Virus record (IMG/VR): IMGVR_UViG_3300002220_006883
Source: a virus
Lineage: Duplodnaviria > Heunggongvirae > Uroviricota > Caudoviricetes
Length of the DNA stretch: 64,000 nt
Strand: one strand, 5' to 3'
The translations under genes and the position numbers were made by a program. Shown piece by piece: positions 1 to 9,585 of this stretch; position 1 is the first letter of the stretch; the number at the start of each line of letters is the position of its first letter. The notes below the pieces were generated by a model. That model searched no databases. It saw only the letters and a program-made list of their open reading frames with translations, and had not been told where the DNA came from.

Positions 1-2316
1 TTAAATGGGTTTTTTACGACTTCTTTTTTTGGGAGCAATATCATCAACTACTTCAGAAGTAATTTCTTTAGTGATTTTGGTGTCTTCAGCATAAGAGTGT
101 AAATATTGAATATCAATTTTTCCATCCTTAACATCAATTTTAATTTCACCACCTTGCTCTAATTTACCAAAAAGAATTTCTTTAGCTAAAACTTGAGAGA
201 TATTTTTTTCAATATAACGCTCAATAGGTCTAGCCCCCATTTTTTCATCAAAACCTTCCTTCGCAATAACTTGATAAGCCTCTTCTGTAAAGATAGAAAT
301 AACTTTTTTATCTAATAATGCTTGTTGAAGCTTTTTAGTGTGCTTTTCAATCACTTTATGGATATTACTAATATCAAGTGAGTTAAATTGAATAACACTA
401 TCTAATCGGTTAAAAAACTCTGGTGAAAAATGTTTTTTAACTTGAGCTTCACGATCTTTATTAACAGTATCAACTTTAGTAAAGCCAATTTTAGATTTTG
501 AAATTTCAGATGCACCAAGGTTGGTTGTCATAATTAGAATAACATTTTTAAAATCTGCCTTACGTCCATCATTATCTGTTAATGTAGCATAATCCATAAC
601 TTGTAAAAGAATATTAAAAACATCAGGGTGAGCTTTCTCAATTTCATCAAGTAAAAGAACACAATGTGGATTTTTACGAATAGCTTCTGTTAATTGACCA
701 CCTTGTTCATAGCCAACATAACCTGGAGGGGCTCCAACTAAACGAGCAACGGCATGTTTTTCCATGTATTCACTCATATCAAAACGAGTAAATGATACAC
801 CTAATTTTGATGCTATTTGTTTAGCTAGTTCTGTTTTACCTACACCAGAAGGACCAGCAAATAAAAATGAACCAATAGGCTTATCACGATTTAATAGGTT
901 AGCACGAGAGAATAAAATATTGCTCACAGTTTTCTCTACAGCATCATCTTGTCCAAAAACTTCATTTTTTAAACTTGGCTCAAGATTTTTAAGCTTATGT
1001 TTTTCTGATTCTTTAATGGAATCAACTGGAATACGAGCCATTCCAGCGACAATTTCCTTAATCTTTTCTTCATTAATAACAGTATCTTTTGATGTTAACT
1101 TAACTTTTGAACCAGCAGTATCAATAATATCAAAAGCTTTATCAGGAAGGCGACGTTCATTCATGTATTTAACACTAAGATTAACTGCACACTCCAAAGC
1201 TTGTTCAGTATAAGTAACACCGTGGAAACTTTCATATTGTGTTTTGCAACCACGTAAAATTTCTAAAGCTTGAGCAGGAGATGGTTCTTCTACATCAACC
1301 TTTTGGAAGCGGCGAGATAAAGCACCTTCTTTTTCAAAATATTTACGATATTCATCATAAGTTGTTGCACCAATAACTTTAATCTCTCCAGAGCTTAAAG
1401 CTGGCTTTAGAATATTAGATGCATCCATAGTACCAGTGCCAGAACCAGTTCCAATAAGAGTGTGAATTTCATCAATAATAAGAACAATCTTAGGATCAGA
1501 TGATGCTTCTTTAATGATTTGCTTTAGTCGTTCCTCAAATTCTCCACGATATTTGGTGCCAGCTAAAACGGCAGGCATATCTAGACTATAAAGTTGGAAG
1601 TCATTTAGTGCAGTAGGAACTTGTCCATCAACAATTCTTTTGGCCAAACCTTCAGCGATAGCTGTTTTACCAACACCAGGTTCACCAACTAAAATAGGAT
1701 TATTTTTGCGACGTTGGCAAAGAATTTCAATAGTTCGGTCAATTTCTTTTTGGCGACCAACAATAGCATCAATTTTACCTTCTTGTGCTTTTTTATTTAA
1801 TGAGATTGCATACTTATGTAAGGCATTTTTAGTAGTATCTTTACTCTGTTTTTCATTAGATTTATCTTTACGTTTATTATGTGCAATAAAACTCATAACA
1901 TCAAAACGAGTTACTTCAAAATGATCAAAATAATTACGAGTATAAAATTCACTGCCATTTAGTTCAAAGAGAGAAACGAAAATAAATCCTTCATCGACCT
2001 TAGTTTTGTTTCCATTAGCTTTTTGTAGTGTAATAGCTTGATCACGAAGTTCACGAAGTGTGATAGTCCATTGTGGATTATCTGATAGAGTTGTCTTAGG
2101 AATATTTTGATCTAAATAAGCGCCGACTGATTCAACAAAATGTTCAACAGTTAAACCCATTGCCTCAAAAATTTCTTGCCCTTTAGGTGTTTGTGATAGA
2201 AACATCATAAAGGTATCTACAGTAATAAATTCATGTTTTTTCTTCTTAGCATACTTGTATGCTTCGTTCATAGCCTGAACACAATCTTCTGAAAAATGCT
2301 TATTGTTTTGTTCCAT
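1..2316 (-). CDS. clpA: ATP-dependent Clp protease ATP-binding subunit ClpA
   Basis: 771 aa with two AAA+ modules (Walker A GEPGVGKT and GPSGVGKT), Clp N-domain; architecture typical of ClpA. Confidence 0.9.
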   Translation of the reverse strand: MEQNNKHFSEDCVQAMNEAYKYAKKKKHEFITVDTFMMFLSQTPKGQEIFEAMGLTVEHFVESVGAYLDQNIPKTTLSDNPQWTITLRELRDQAITLQKANGNKTKVDEGFIFVSLFELNGSEFYTRNYFDHFEVTRFDVMSFIAHNKRKDKSNEKQSKDTTKNALHKYAISLNKKAQEGKIDAIVGRQKEIDRTIEILCQRRKNNPILVGEPGVGKTAIAEGLAKRIVDGQVPTALNDFQLYSLDMPAVLAGTKYRGEFEERLKQIIKEASSDPKIVLIIDEIHTLIGTGSGTGTMDASNILKPALSSGEIKVIGATTYDEYRKYFEKEGALSRRFQKVDVEEPSPAQALEILRGCKTQYESFHGVTYTEQALECAVNLSVKYMNERRLPDKAFDIIDTAGSKVKLTSKDTVINEEKIKEIVAGMARIPVDSIKESEKHKLKNLEPSLKNEVFGQDDAVEKTVSNILFSRANLLNRDKPIGSFLFAGPSGVGKTELAKQIASKLGVSFTRFDMSEYMEKHAVARLVGAPPGYVGYEQGGQLTEAIRKNPHCVLLLDEIEKAHPDVFNILLQVMDYATLTDNDGRKADFKNVILIMTTNLGASEISKSKIGFTKVDTVNKDREAQVKKHFSPEFFNRLDSVIQFNSLDISNIHKVIEKHTKKLQQALLDKKVISIFTEEAYQVIAKEGFDEKMGARPIERYIEKNISQVLAKEILFGKLEQGGEIKIDVKDGKIDIQYLHSYAEDTKITKEITSEVVDDIAPKKRSRKKPI

Positions 2317-2401
2317 AAATAAAATCCCTTTTTGTTATTTACGAGGATATTGTAGCACAAATTTGAAAAACAAGTATAGTTTTTTTAAATAATTTGAAAC
2401 A

Positions 2402-2426
2402 CAAAAAAAGCTGCATAAATGCAGCT
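2402..2426 (-). terminator. rho-independent terminator downstream of the MCP gene
   Basis: hairpin AGCTGCATAAATGCAGCT followed by a T-run on the minus strand. Confidence 0.6.
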
Positions 2427-2446
2427 TATTTTGTGAGACTATTTTA

Positions 2447-4951
2447 TTAAATCTTGAATCGTCCAACAGTGTCTTCAAGTTCAACAGAAATGGTCTTCAA
2501 TGCTTCCACTTCAGTTGTTGTAATGTTAATAGCTTGTTTAGATGCATCAGAAATTTTCTGTAAATCTTGCATGGCAATAGTTAATTTAGCCATGTCAGTA
2601 CTCTTCTCTTCAAGTTTTGTAGAAGCAGACTGAATCTGTTCAGATGTACTCTTAGATAAAGTGTGAATTTCTTTAAGTGCAACACCAGCTTTTTCAGTTA
2701 ATTGTGCTCCTAATACAACTTCTTGAGTTGTTTTTTCCATAGAGGCAATCGCTGTAGCTGTATCAGATTGAATATCGTTAATAAGTTCTTCAATTTTCTT
2801 AGTAGCCTCTTCTGAGTCATCAGCTAAACGTTGAACCTCCTGTGCAACTACAGTAAACTCACGACCAGATTCACCAGAAGATGCTGCCTGAATCGCAGCG
2901 TTTAACGCTAAAATATTAATTTGTTTAGTAATATCTTTAATCAATCCAGTAACTTCAGTAATAGATTGAGCAGATTCACCAAGTTTCTTAATTTTCTTAG
3001 AAGATTCTTGAATAGTAATACGAATTTCATTCATTTTCTCAATGGATTGACTTACAAGTTCTTCACCTTTTTGTGATTCATCATAAGATCTTGCTGATTC
3101 ATCTTGAGCAATCCAAGCTGTTTGAGCAATTTCGTCCATAGAGTTTGTAATTTCACCAATACTGTTGATAGACTCTTGAAGCTTATCAAATTGTGTTGCG
3201 GAAATCTTTAATAACTCTTCAGATGTTTTATCGGTTTTGTCAGCAGAAAGTAAAACTTTGTTTGATGATTGCTTAATTGTTCTAGCAATATCAGCGAACT
3301 GTAAGCGAGTTCTGTCAATTCTCTTAGAAATATTAGATAAGAATTTATCTTCAACGAAAATTGGACGAGTAAAGTCACCATCGTCAAGTGGTTGAATTTG
3401 AGCTAATAATTCAGTAACAGATGTTTCATTAGTTTGGTTCTTTCTTAAAGCTTCAGCCAAGCGAGCAATCTTTTCTGAACGGGCATAGAATACTGCCATA
3501 ATAAAAGCAATAGATAATAATCCAGCAATTAATAAACCAATAGCAACAAATTCTAAAGTTTCATCAAGAGCACCAGTTCCTTTTGCAAATTCAGAACCAA
3601 CGAATGTTTTTTCTAATTCATAAGAAACTTGTAATGCATTATCAATATGAGTCATTAAGCTATCTTCTAATTGTTTTAAATCTGCAATTGATGATAAAGC
3701 TTTAACGTTTGCCTCATTTAATTTTGAATGCTGATTGAAAGCTAATTCAAAGTTTTTAATTACATCAGATAATTCTGGGTGTCCTTTTTTAATTTCAGTG
3801 ACAGTCTGATTAATAAATTTCACATCATTAACTAAAATTTCTGTTTGTTTTTTATCTACTACAGTAGTTAAGGCAATAGTATTAATTTCAGTAACCACTC
3901 TATTGATAGATAAGTTGAAATCATTTGCCAATTTAGGATTAATGCTTTGTAAAGAAATAAAGAAAGAGCTAGAAGATTTTAATAATTCTGGAGTTTTTCT
4001 ACTGAGAGTATTAATTGTCTCTTTAGCTTTTAAAATATTATCTTTGTTTTCTAATGATGCATTGAAACTCTTTAAGCTTTCATTCCAATTGTCGGAAACA
4101 ATTTTAAGTTGTTCTAAAGATTTTGAAGGTAGTGGAGCAATTGCAATTTTCTTATCAATAACACCACCATTACCCAATACATTAAGAATTGCACTAATAC
4201 TTTCTTTATGTTTACTTAAATTATCAAATGACAATTGTGTAGATGTTTTTAGTGTACTTATGTCTTTTTGAGATTTAATAAAAAGCTCTTCTAGATTTGA
4301 AATATGATCTACTGTCTGAATTTGAACATCTTTTTTATCTTCATACTTAATATATGAAAATACTGAACCACCAAACAAAGATAAAGTAATTAAGGCTATA
4401 GGTAATACTTTAATATTAGCCAACCAATCACTAGATGAAGTCTCTTCTTTATTTCCAAAACTTTTTTGAGTGTTTAATCCACTATTAAACAACATGTCCA
4501 TATCTAAAGCAGAAGATCTAGATTTACTTTTAGATTTAGAGTTAAAAGTGTTTGTATCTTGATCAATTGACATTGAATTTGTTGAATCATCATTAGTAGA
4601 TTTAGATAATGTTTCACCTAAATTTAAATTTGAGAAATCAAAATTTCCAGCGTTAGTTGGGGTATCTGTATTATTCTTAACTTTAGAGCTAATATTAGAA
4701 GTATCAAATGTTTCTAGAGAAGTACTAGAAAGTGTTTCCTCTGTGTGACGCTCAAAGTCTGTATTATCGTTTGAAAAGTTTAATTTTGTTTCACCAAAAT
4801 TAAAATCACTTTCTGTATCAGATGTTTGAGTTGGTGAATCTAAATTATCTTTAAATCTTGTGCTTACATCAATGTTGGTAGGTGTATTTAAACCATCTAA
4901 ATTATTATCGTTTTGATTTGTGTTTTTCTTTTTGCTAAAAAAGTTTTTCAT
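2447..4951 (-). CDS. methyl-accepting chemotaxis protein with long low-complexity N-terminus
   Basis: C-terminal MA signalling domain (…ILALNAAIQAASSGESGREFTVVAQEVQRLADDS…), a TM segment, and an N/S/T/D-rich ~170 aa N-terminus. Confidence 0.85.
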   Translation of the reverse strand: MKNFFSKKKNTNQNDNNLDGLNTPTNIDVSTRFKDNLDSPTQTSDTESDFNFGETKLNFSNDNTDFERHTEETLSSTSLETFDTSNISSKVKNNTDTPTNAGNFDFSNLNLGETLSKSTNDDSTNSMSIDQDTNTFNSKSKSKSRSSALDMDMLFNSGLNTQKSFGNKEETSSSDWLANIKVLPIALITLSLFGGSVFSYIKYEDKKDVQIQTVDHISNLEELFIKSQKDISTLKTSTQLSFDNLSKHKESISAILNVLGNGGVIDKKIAIAPLPSKSLEQLKIVSDNWNESLKSFNASLENKDNILKAKETINTLSRKTPELLKSSSSFFISLQSINPKLANDFNLSINRVVTEINTIALTTVVDKKQTEILVNDVKFINQTVTEIKKGHPELSDVIKNFELAFNQHSKLNEANVKALSSIADLKQLEDSLMTHIDNALQVSYELEKTFVGSEFAKGTGALDETLEFVAIGLLIAGLLSIAFIMAVFYARSEKIARLAEALRKNQTNETSVTELLAQIQPLDDGDFTRPIFVEDKFLSNISKRIDRTRLQFADIARTIKQSSNKVLLSADKTDKTSEELLKISATQFDKLQESINSIGEITNSMDEIAQTAWIAQDESARSYDESQKGEELVSQSIEKMNEIRITIQESSKKIKKLGESAQSITEVTGLIKDITKQINILALNAAIQAASSGESGREFTVVAQEVQRLADDSEEATKKIEELINDIQSDTATAIASMEKTTQEVVLGAQLTEKAGVALKEIHTLSKSTSEQIQSASTKLEEKSTDMAKLTIAMQDLQKISDASKQAINITTTEVEALKTISVELEDTVGRFKI

Positions 4952-5009
4952 AACTTCAATCCTTTTATAAAAAAATCATTATATAAGATTGAATATTTTT
5001 AAGCAGTTG

Positions 5010-5669
5010 TCAAATTTTTGGTCTTCTTTTTGGTTTAATTTCTTCTTTATCTTCCTTGACACCTTTTTCTAAGCCACTTTTCTTTTGGATTCCATATAGA
5101 TTGTTTGTAAAAATATGTTCTGCTAAAGCATTACCTACAGCATAACGAATATACTCTTCATCTTTTCTAGATTTAATGTTTTTATGATTTGAAAAAAAAT
5201 CTCTTAATTCTTCAGATTTAAAAGTGTTTTCCTCTTGCAAATAAAAATGTGGAAATTCTTCTTTAATTTTTGACTCATTAAAAAATTCTTCTTTTCTATT
5301 AATGTTTTGAGATTCAAATCCTAAACAAGCAGCTAATTCAGCATCTGGTGGGATTCTGTTTTTAACAAAATGTAAATAATCATAAGTGTGAAGAATTCCA
5401 TCTTTTTGCCCCATTTCTGCTGCTAAATTAATAATGATTAATCTTTTGGCCATTTGTGGGAAAAAGTCCATAGCAAAAATTTCTAACATTTTCATTCTTT
5501 GACTTATCGGTGGTAAAGCCTCAATTTTACCTTCTGCATATTTTTTTGGATAAGGAAAAACGATAACATTGTCATGCTCTTCTAGCATTTGTGAAATAGC
5601 TGAAAAGTGACCAATATGTGGTGGATTAAATGACGCACCATATAAAATAAATTTTTCTACTTTTTTCAT
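5010..5669 (-). CDS. cytidylyltransferase-fold nucleotidyltransferase, NadD-like (HxGH motif)
   Basis: N-terminal GASFNPPHIGH motif; K/E-rich C-terminal tail. Confidence 0.5.
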   Translation of the reverse strand: MKKVEKFILYGASFNPPHIGHFSAISQMLEEHDNVIVFPYPKKYAEGKIEALPPISQRMKMLEIFAMDFFPQMAKRLIIINLAAEMGQKDGILHTYDYLHFVKNRIPPDAELAACLGFESQNINRKEEFFNESKIKEEFPHFYLQEENTFKSEELRDFFSNHKNIKSRKDEEYIRYAVGNALAEHIFTNNLYGIQKKSGLEKGVKEDKEEIKPKRRPKI

Positions 5670-5800
5670 GATAGAATATCTCCCTTAACCTTAATTATAC
5701 CAACTTATTAATAAAATACAAGAATGCAATATTTGACAAAATAATTTTTTTTTAATACCTATGAATAAATAATAATAAAATCATTTAAATGGGATGAAAA

Positions 5801-6145
5801 ATGAGTGAAAACATAAAAAAAGATAATAGAGGATACCTTTATCCAAACAAAAATAAAAATAAACCAACTCAACCTGATTTAACTGGAAAAGTTTTAATTG
5901 AAGGTAAAGAGTTTAGAATTAGTGCTTGGGAAAACCAAACTCCCGAAGGAAATAAATATCTATCTTTAGCTTTTTCTTTACCTGTTCCACAAACAGAAAA
6001 TCAAAATGGTTCTGTACAAAATGGAACACATACAAACACTCAAAACAAAGATGCAAGTCAACAAAAAATAGCAGCACCTATATCTGAAGATTTTGATTTA
6101 GATGCTATATTAAATAGTACTGATGATGAAAACCCATTTAATTAA
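5801..6145 (+). CDS. DUF736-like small protein of the type found on ICEs and plasmids
   Basis: pattern G.L.....K...P.D..G......G...I.AWE....G..YLSL matches my memory of the DUF736 family. Confidence 0.4.
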   Translation: MSENIKKDNRGYLYPNKNKNKPTQPDLTGKVLIEGKEFRISAWENQTPEGNKYLSLAFSLPVPQTENQNGSVQNGTHTNTQNKDASQQKIAAPISEDFDLDAILNSTDDENPFN

Positions 6146-6160
6146 TATAAGGAAATAATA

Positions 6161-6679
6161 ATGACAGACGAAACTCAAAATTTTAATCAGTTCCCATTAA
6201 CTACTGAAGAGAAAAGCAATCCAGTAATTTCTGCTGAATCAAATAATAATGTTGAAGAAAAAAATAGCGAAAAGAAAAAATCAGCTAAAAAAAATAAAGA
6301 TGACTTGGGAGATTTGAAAATTATTGAAAATCCTGTTAGAAATTTACCTAAGTTAATTAATGAAGTTTTGGAAAAGAATTTTTCAGTAATTTTAACTAAA
6401 AATGGATATTACATTAGTGGGTTTTATGGTTTAAATCAAGAAAATGGCAAAAAGGGGTTTGCTTTTGGTCAAGAAACCACCAATCCAGAAGTTTTAGTTT
6501 TCTTTGATTCAAAAGGTCATAAGCACTTAATTAAATCATTTGAAGACTTGGTGAATTTCAACAATCATGTTTGGGGATTATTCTTTAAGCTTTCTGAAGA
6601 ATACAAAAAGCCAAATTCAGAATGGTTCCATTATTTATTGGATTTGGGAGTGTTAAATATAACTCCAGGTGGAAGATAA
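6161..6679 (+). CDS. hypothetical protein
   Basis: 172 aa ORF co-directional with neighbours, followed by a strong terminator. Confidence 0.5.
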   Translation: MTDETQNFNQFPLTTEEKSNPVISAESNNNVEEKNSEKKKSAKKNKDDLGDLKIIENPVRNLPKLINEVLEKNFSVILTKNGYYISGFYGLNQENGKKGFAFGQETTNPEVLVFFDSKGHKHLIKSFEDLVNFNNHVWGLFFKLSEEYKKPNSEWFHYLLDLGVLNITPGGR

Positions 6680-6687
6680 ATAGAAAA

Positions 6688-6714
6688 AAATCCGCGAATG
6701 CGGATTTTTTATTT
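6688..6714 (+). terminator. rho-independent terminator
   Basis: AAATCCGCGAATGCGGATTT hairpin followed by TTTTTT. Confidence 0.75.
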
Positions 6715-6746
6715 GATTTTTTCTGAAATTTTATTATTTTAATCAT

Positions 6747-7391
6747 ATGAAAAAAATAATTTTATTTACATTATCAGTGCTTTCATATTCAGCATTTGCA
6801 CAAGTTAACGATTTTTCTACTGGAAACTCTAATCCAGTAGCGAAATATAACTACTTGTCTCCACAACAACAAGTACAAAACTCTCAACCTGTTGAGTATT
6901 TTTCTAATAATTTTGAAAATCCTAAAAAGGTTGCTTCAAAATCAAAAGGTAAATATAAATATTTAGAACAAAATGCACAATATACCAATGGTTGTTGGGA
7001 TAATGCAGCAAAAGTATATGGGTTAGATCCTTGGTTATTAATGTCTATTGCAAAAGTAGAATCTAGTTTCAATCATGCTGCCATAAATTTAAATAAAAAT
7101 AAAACATATGATTTAGGTATGATGCAAATAAATACAATTTGGCTACCTACTTTGAAAAAATTTGGAATATCTTCCAAAGATTTGTTAAATCCTTGCACTA
7201 GCATTTTTGTTGGAGCTTGGATTATGGCTCAAAATATTAAACAGTTTGGTTATAATTTAGATGGAATCGGAGCCTACAACTCACCAAGAAATGTGAGCAT
7301 TCGTCGCTCATATGCAAAAAAAGTCTATGTCGCATATAGAGAGCTAACCAATGACTTATATTATAATAGGGATAGACATGCAAAAAATTAA
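6747..7391 (+). CDS. secreted SLT-domain lytic transglycosylase (IagB/VirB1-like)
   Basis: signal peptide; SLT motif …AKVESSFNHAAIN…YDLGMMQIN…. Confidence 0.7.
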   Translation: MKKIILFTLSVLSYSAFAQVNDFSTGNSNPVAKYNYLSPQQQVQNSQPVEYFSNNFENPKKVASKSKGKYKYLEQNAQYTNGCWDNAAKVYGLDPWLLMSIAKVESSFNHAAINLNKNKTYDLGMMQINTIWLPTLKKFGISSKDLLNPCTSIFVGAWIMAQNIKQFGYNLDGIGAYNSPRNVSIRRSYAKKVYVAYRELTNDLYYNRDRHAKN

Positions 7392-7644
7392 AGAAATACT
7401 TACATATGAAATATACACAGTAAAAGACTCAATATATGTACATGTTCCAGTTCAAAATTTAATTAATCCAAAGTTTTTACTGAAAAACAATCAATTGTAT
7501 ATTTTTCTTTATAATTATACAATGGGATATATGCTAGATAAATTACCATTAAATTTAATTGATGCGATAAAGAAAAATAAATGTTTATTGTGTGAAGCTA
7601 TCAATTCAAAAGAAAAACAACACCAAATTAATTTAGAACCTTAA
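7351..7644 (+). CDS. hypothetical small protein (low confidence)
   Basis: 97 aa ORF overlapping the 3' end of the upstream gene; no motif. Confidence 0.2.
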   Translation: MTYIIIGIDMQKIKEILTYEIYTVKDSIYVHVPVQNLINPKFLLKNNQLYIFLYNYTMGYMLDKLPLNLIDAIKKNKCLLCEAINSKEKQHQINLEP

Positions 7645-7692
7645 ACGATACCTTTTAAGGGTAAGCCGCTACAAATTTTTTCATCAAACGAA

Positions 7693-7745
7693 TAAAAAAG
7701 CCTTGAAATTCAAGGCTTTAGTCTTACTTCTGAAAATTTATTTAA
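7693..7745 (-). terminator. conserved terminator-hairpin repeat, copy 1
   Basis: AAAAAAGCCTTGAAATTCAAGGCTTT plus a conserved ~20 nt tail; near-identical to the copy at 57331-57385. Confidence 0.6.
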
Positions 7746-8514
7746 TAAAGTATTTAATTTGATCCATTAACTCTTTTTTATCAAAAGGCTTTTGAATCAT
7801 TCCATTTACTAAGCCATCAGTTAGTAAATTAATGTGTGGTGCAGGATTGGCAGAAACAATAATAATTGGAATATTTTGGAATTTCTTTTCAGATTTTATA
7901 CTTGCTACTAATTCAGATCCATGCATTTTAGGCATCTCTAAATCGGAAATAATTAAATCAGGGAAACGATGGGTCATTTTTAAATAATCAAGAGCGGCTA
8001 AACCATCATCTTTAGTAATTATTTCATAATTTTGTTTGGCTAACAAATTTGAAACAAACTTCAAAACAGTTACGGAATCATCAACAACCAAAATAATAGG
8101 TTGATTTTTCTTATTTTTGTTTACTTTAACTTCTGGTGGTGTATCACTATCATCTTTCAGAAAGTCTTCACTAGAATCTGGAATATATTTATCAACACTG
8201 ACGCTTCTCACATCGTCTTCGTAAGACTTGGTTTCAACCCAACCCATAGGTTTTTTGAGAGATTCTTCAAATTTTTGTTGTTTTTTAACTTGTCCAGAAA
8301 TAATTCCACCAACAGTACTACGATTATCAACAAAATTGACATTTTCATCTTTTACAGTTTTGTTTGGGACAGTTGTTGTACGAAGTGGGAATTGAGTTAT
8401 TCTTTCACCTACAATATCTTTATATGTTTCTTTATTCTTATTCTTATTTTTTAAAATAATTGCAATAATAATAAAGAAAATAAAAATAAATACTAGCAAT
8501 ATGATTTCTTTCAT
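7738..8514 (-). CDS. membrane-anchored orphan CheY-like receiver protein
   Basis: N-terminal TM helix, disordered linker, C-terminal receiver (ILVVDDS…DLIISDLEMPKMHG…IIIVSAN…K). Confidence 0.7.
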   Translation of the reverse strand: MKEIILLVFIFIFFIIIAIILKNKNKNKETYKDIVGERITQFPLRTTTVPNKTVKDENVNFVDNRSTVGGIISGQVKKQQKFEESLKKPMGWVETKSYEDDVRSVSVDKYIPDSSEDFLKDDSDTPPEVKVNKNKKNQPIILVVDDSVTVLKFVSNLLAKQNYEIITKDDGLAALDYLKMTHRFPDLIISDLEMPKMHGSELVASIKSEKKFQNIPIIIVSANPAPHINLLTDGLVNGMIQKPFDKKELMDQIKYFIK

Positions 8515-8515
8515 T

Positions 8516-9574
8516 TTATTTCTTCTTTAAAAGTTGATATGTTTCTAATGTTAAATTTTTGTTAAAATTATTCAAATAAGTTTCGTGAACTGGTATACTT
8601 TTTCTTTTTAATTCTTCTATTTCACTATTACTAGGAGTAAAAATATTAACACGATTATTTGATTTTAAGGTAGCTAAATTTTTCTCATGAATTTCTTGAA
8701 AGTATTTCATATTTGAATGAGCAATTTGCTGAGACAAAGATGTTAGCTCTTCTTGTACTTTTTCAGAAAGCGAAGAAAACCATTTTTTATTAACAATCAT
8801 AACATAACTACCTCTTTTGTGATTGCTCACAATAATATTTTTACCATTTTCATATAACTTATTTGATAAAATATTATTAGTGGTTTCCTCTATAATGTCA
8901 ATATTATTATTGTTTTTAAAACTATTAACAATAGTTGATGGCAATGAGTCATTAAAATAAATGGGATTACCACCAATACTTTTAATGAATTTTTCTTTAA
9001 TCTCATTCTTTGTTATGCCAAAATTACGCTTATTAATATCAGATAGGGAATTAATGTTAGATTTACTTATAAATACTTGAACTTCATCAGGCCAAAAACA
9101 AATTGGTTGAATAAAATTATATTTTTTACTTAAACTAAATAACATTTTTTTATTGAGTTCACTATCCATGAAGTTATCCATATCTTTATCATTTGATAAT
9201 AAAAATGGCAAATTAAATATTTCAAAATCATTTATATTATAGTATTCATTAATATTGTCTACAGAAGTAAAGATCATATCTAAAAGACCCAAATCTAATG
9301 CCTCCAACTCTTCTTTTGAGTTATATTGTTTTGATGAATTGTCAGCAATAGTAACTTTAATTTGTGGAAATTTTACTTCTATCAATTCTTTTAACTTAAT
9401 AATAGATTTTGAATGCTGATTATTCGAAGTAAAGTTATGAGAAATTCTTAATAAGATGTTTTCTTCTGATTGTTTTAATACAGAAGATTGTTTATTTGTA
9501 TTTTGAGCATAAACATTAGAGTTTATTCCTAATACACATAATAAAATTATAGAAAATATTTTATTGTTTATCAT
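8516..9574 (-). CDS. periplasmic solute-binding protein, TRAP DctP-like
   Basis: signal peptide; LD.IFTS…DFEIFNLPFL…FWP pattern resembles the DctP family. Confidence 0.5.
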   Translation of the reverse strand: MINNKIFSIILLCVLGINSNVYAQNTNKQSSVLKQSEENILLRISHNFTSNNQHSKSIIKLKELIEVKFPQIKVTIADNSSKQYNSKEELEALDLGLLDMIFTSVDNINEYYNINDFEIFNLPFLLSNDKDMDNFMDSELNKKMLFSLSKKYNFIQPICFWPDEVQVFISKSNINSLSDINKRNFGITKNEIKEKFIKSIGGNPIYFNDSLPSTIVNSFKNNNNIDIIEETTNNILSNKLYENGKNIIVSNHKRGSYVMIVNKKWFSSLSEKVQEELTSLSQQIAHSNMKYFQEIHEKNLATLKSNNRVNIFTPSNSEIEELKRKSIPVHETYLNNFNKNLTLETYQLLKKK

Positions 9575-9585
9575 GATTTTTTAGT

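Noticed and set aside
764-1924. Plus-strand ORFs 764-1213 and 1640-1924 inside clpA
   Set aside because: They lie entirely antisense to a well-supported ClpA coding sequence and have compositionally biased translations; these are shadow ORFs.
3903-4271. ORF antisense to the MCP gene
   Set aside because: Antisense shadow ORF within a confident CDS.
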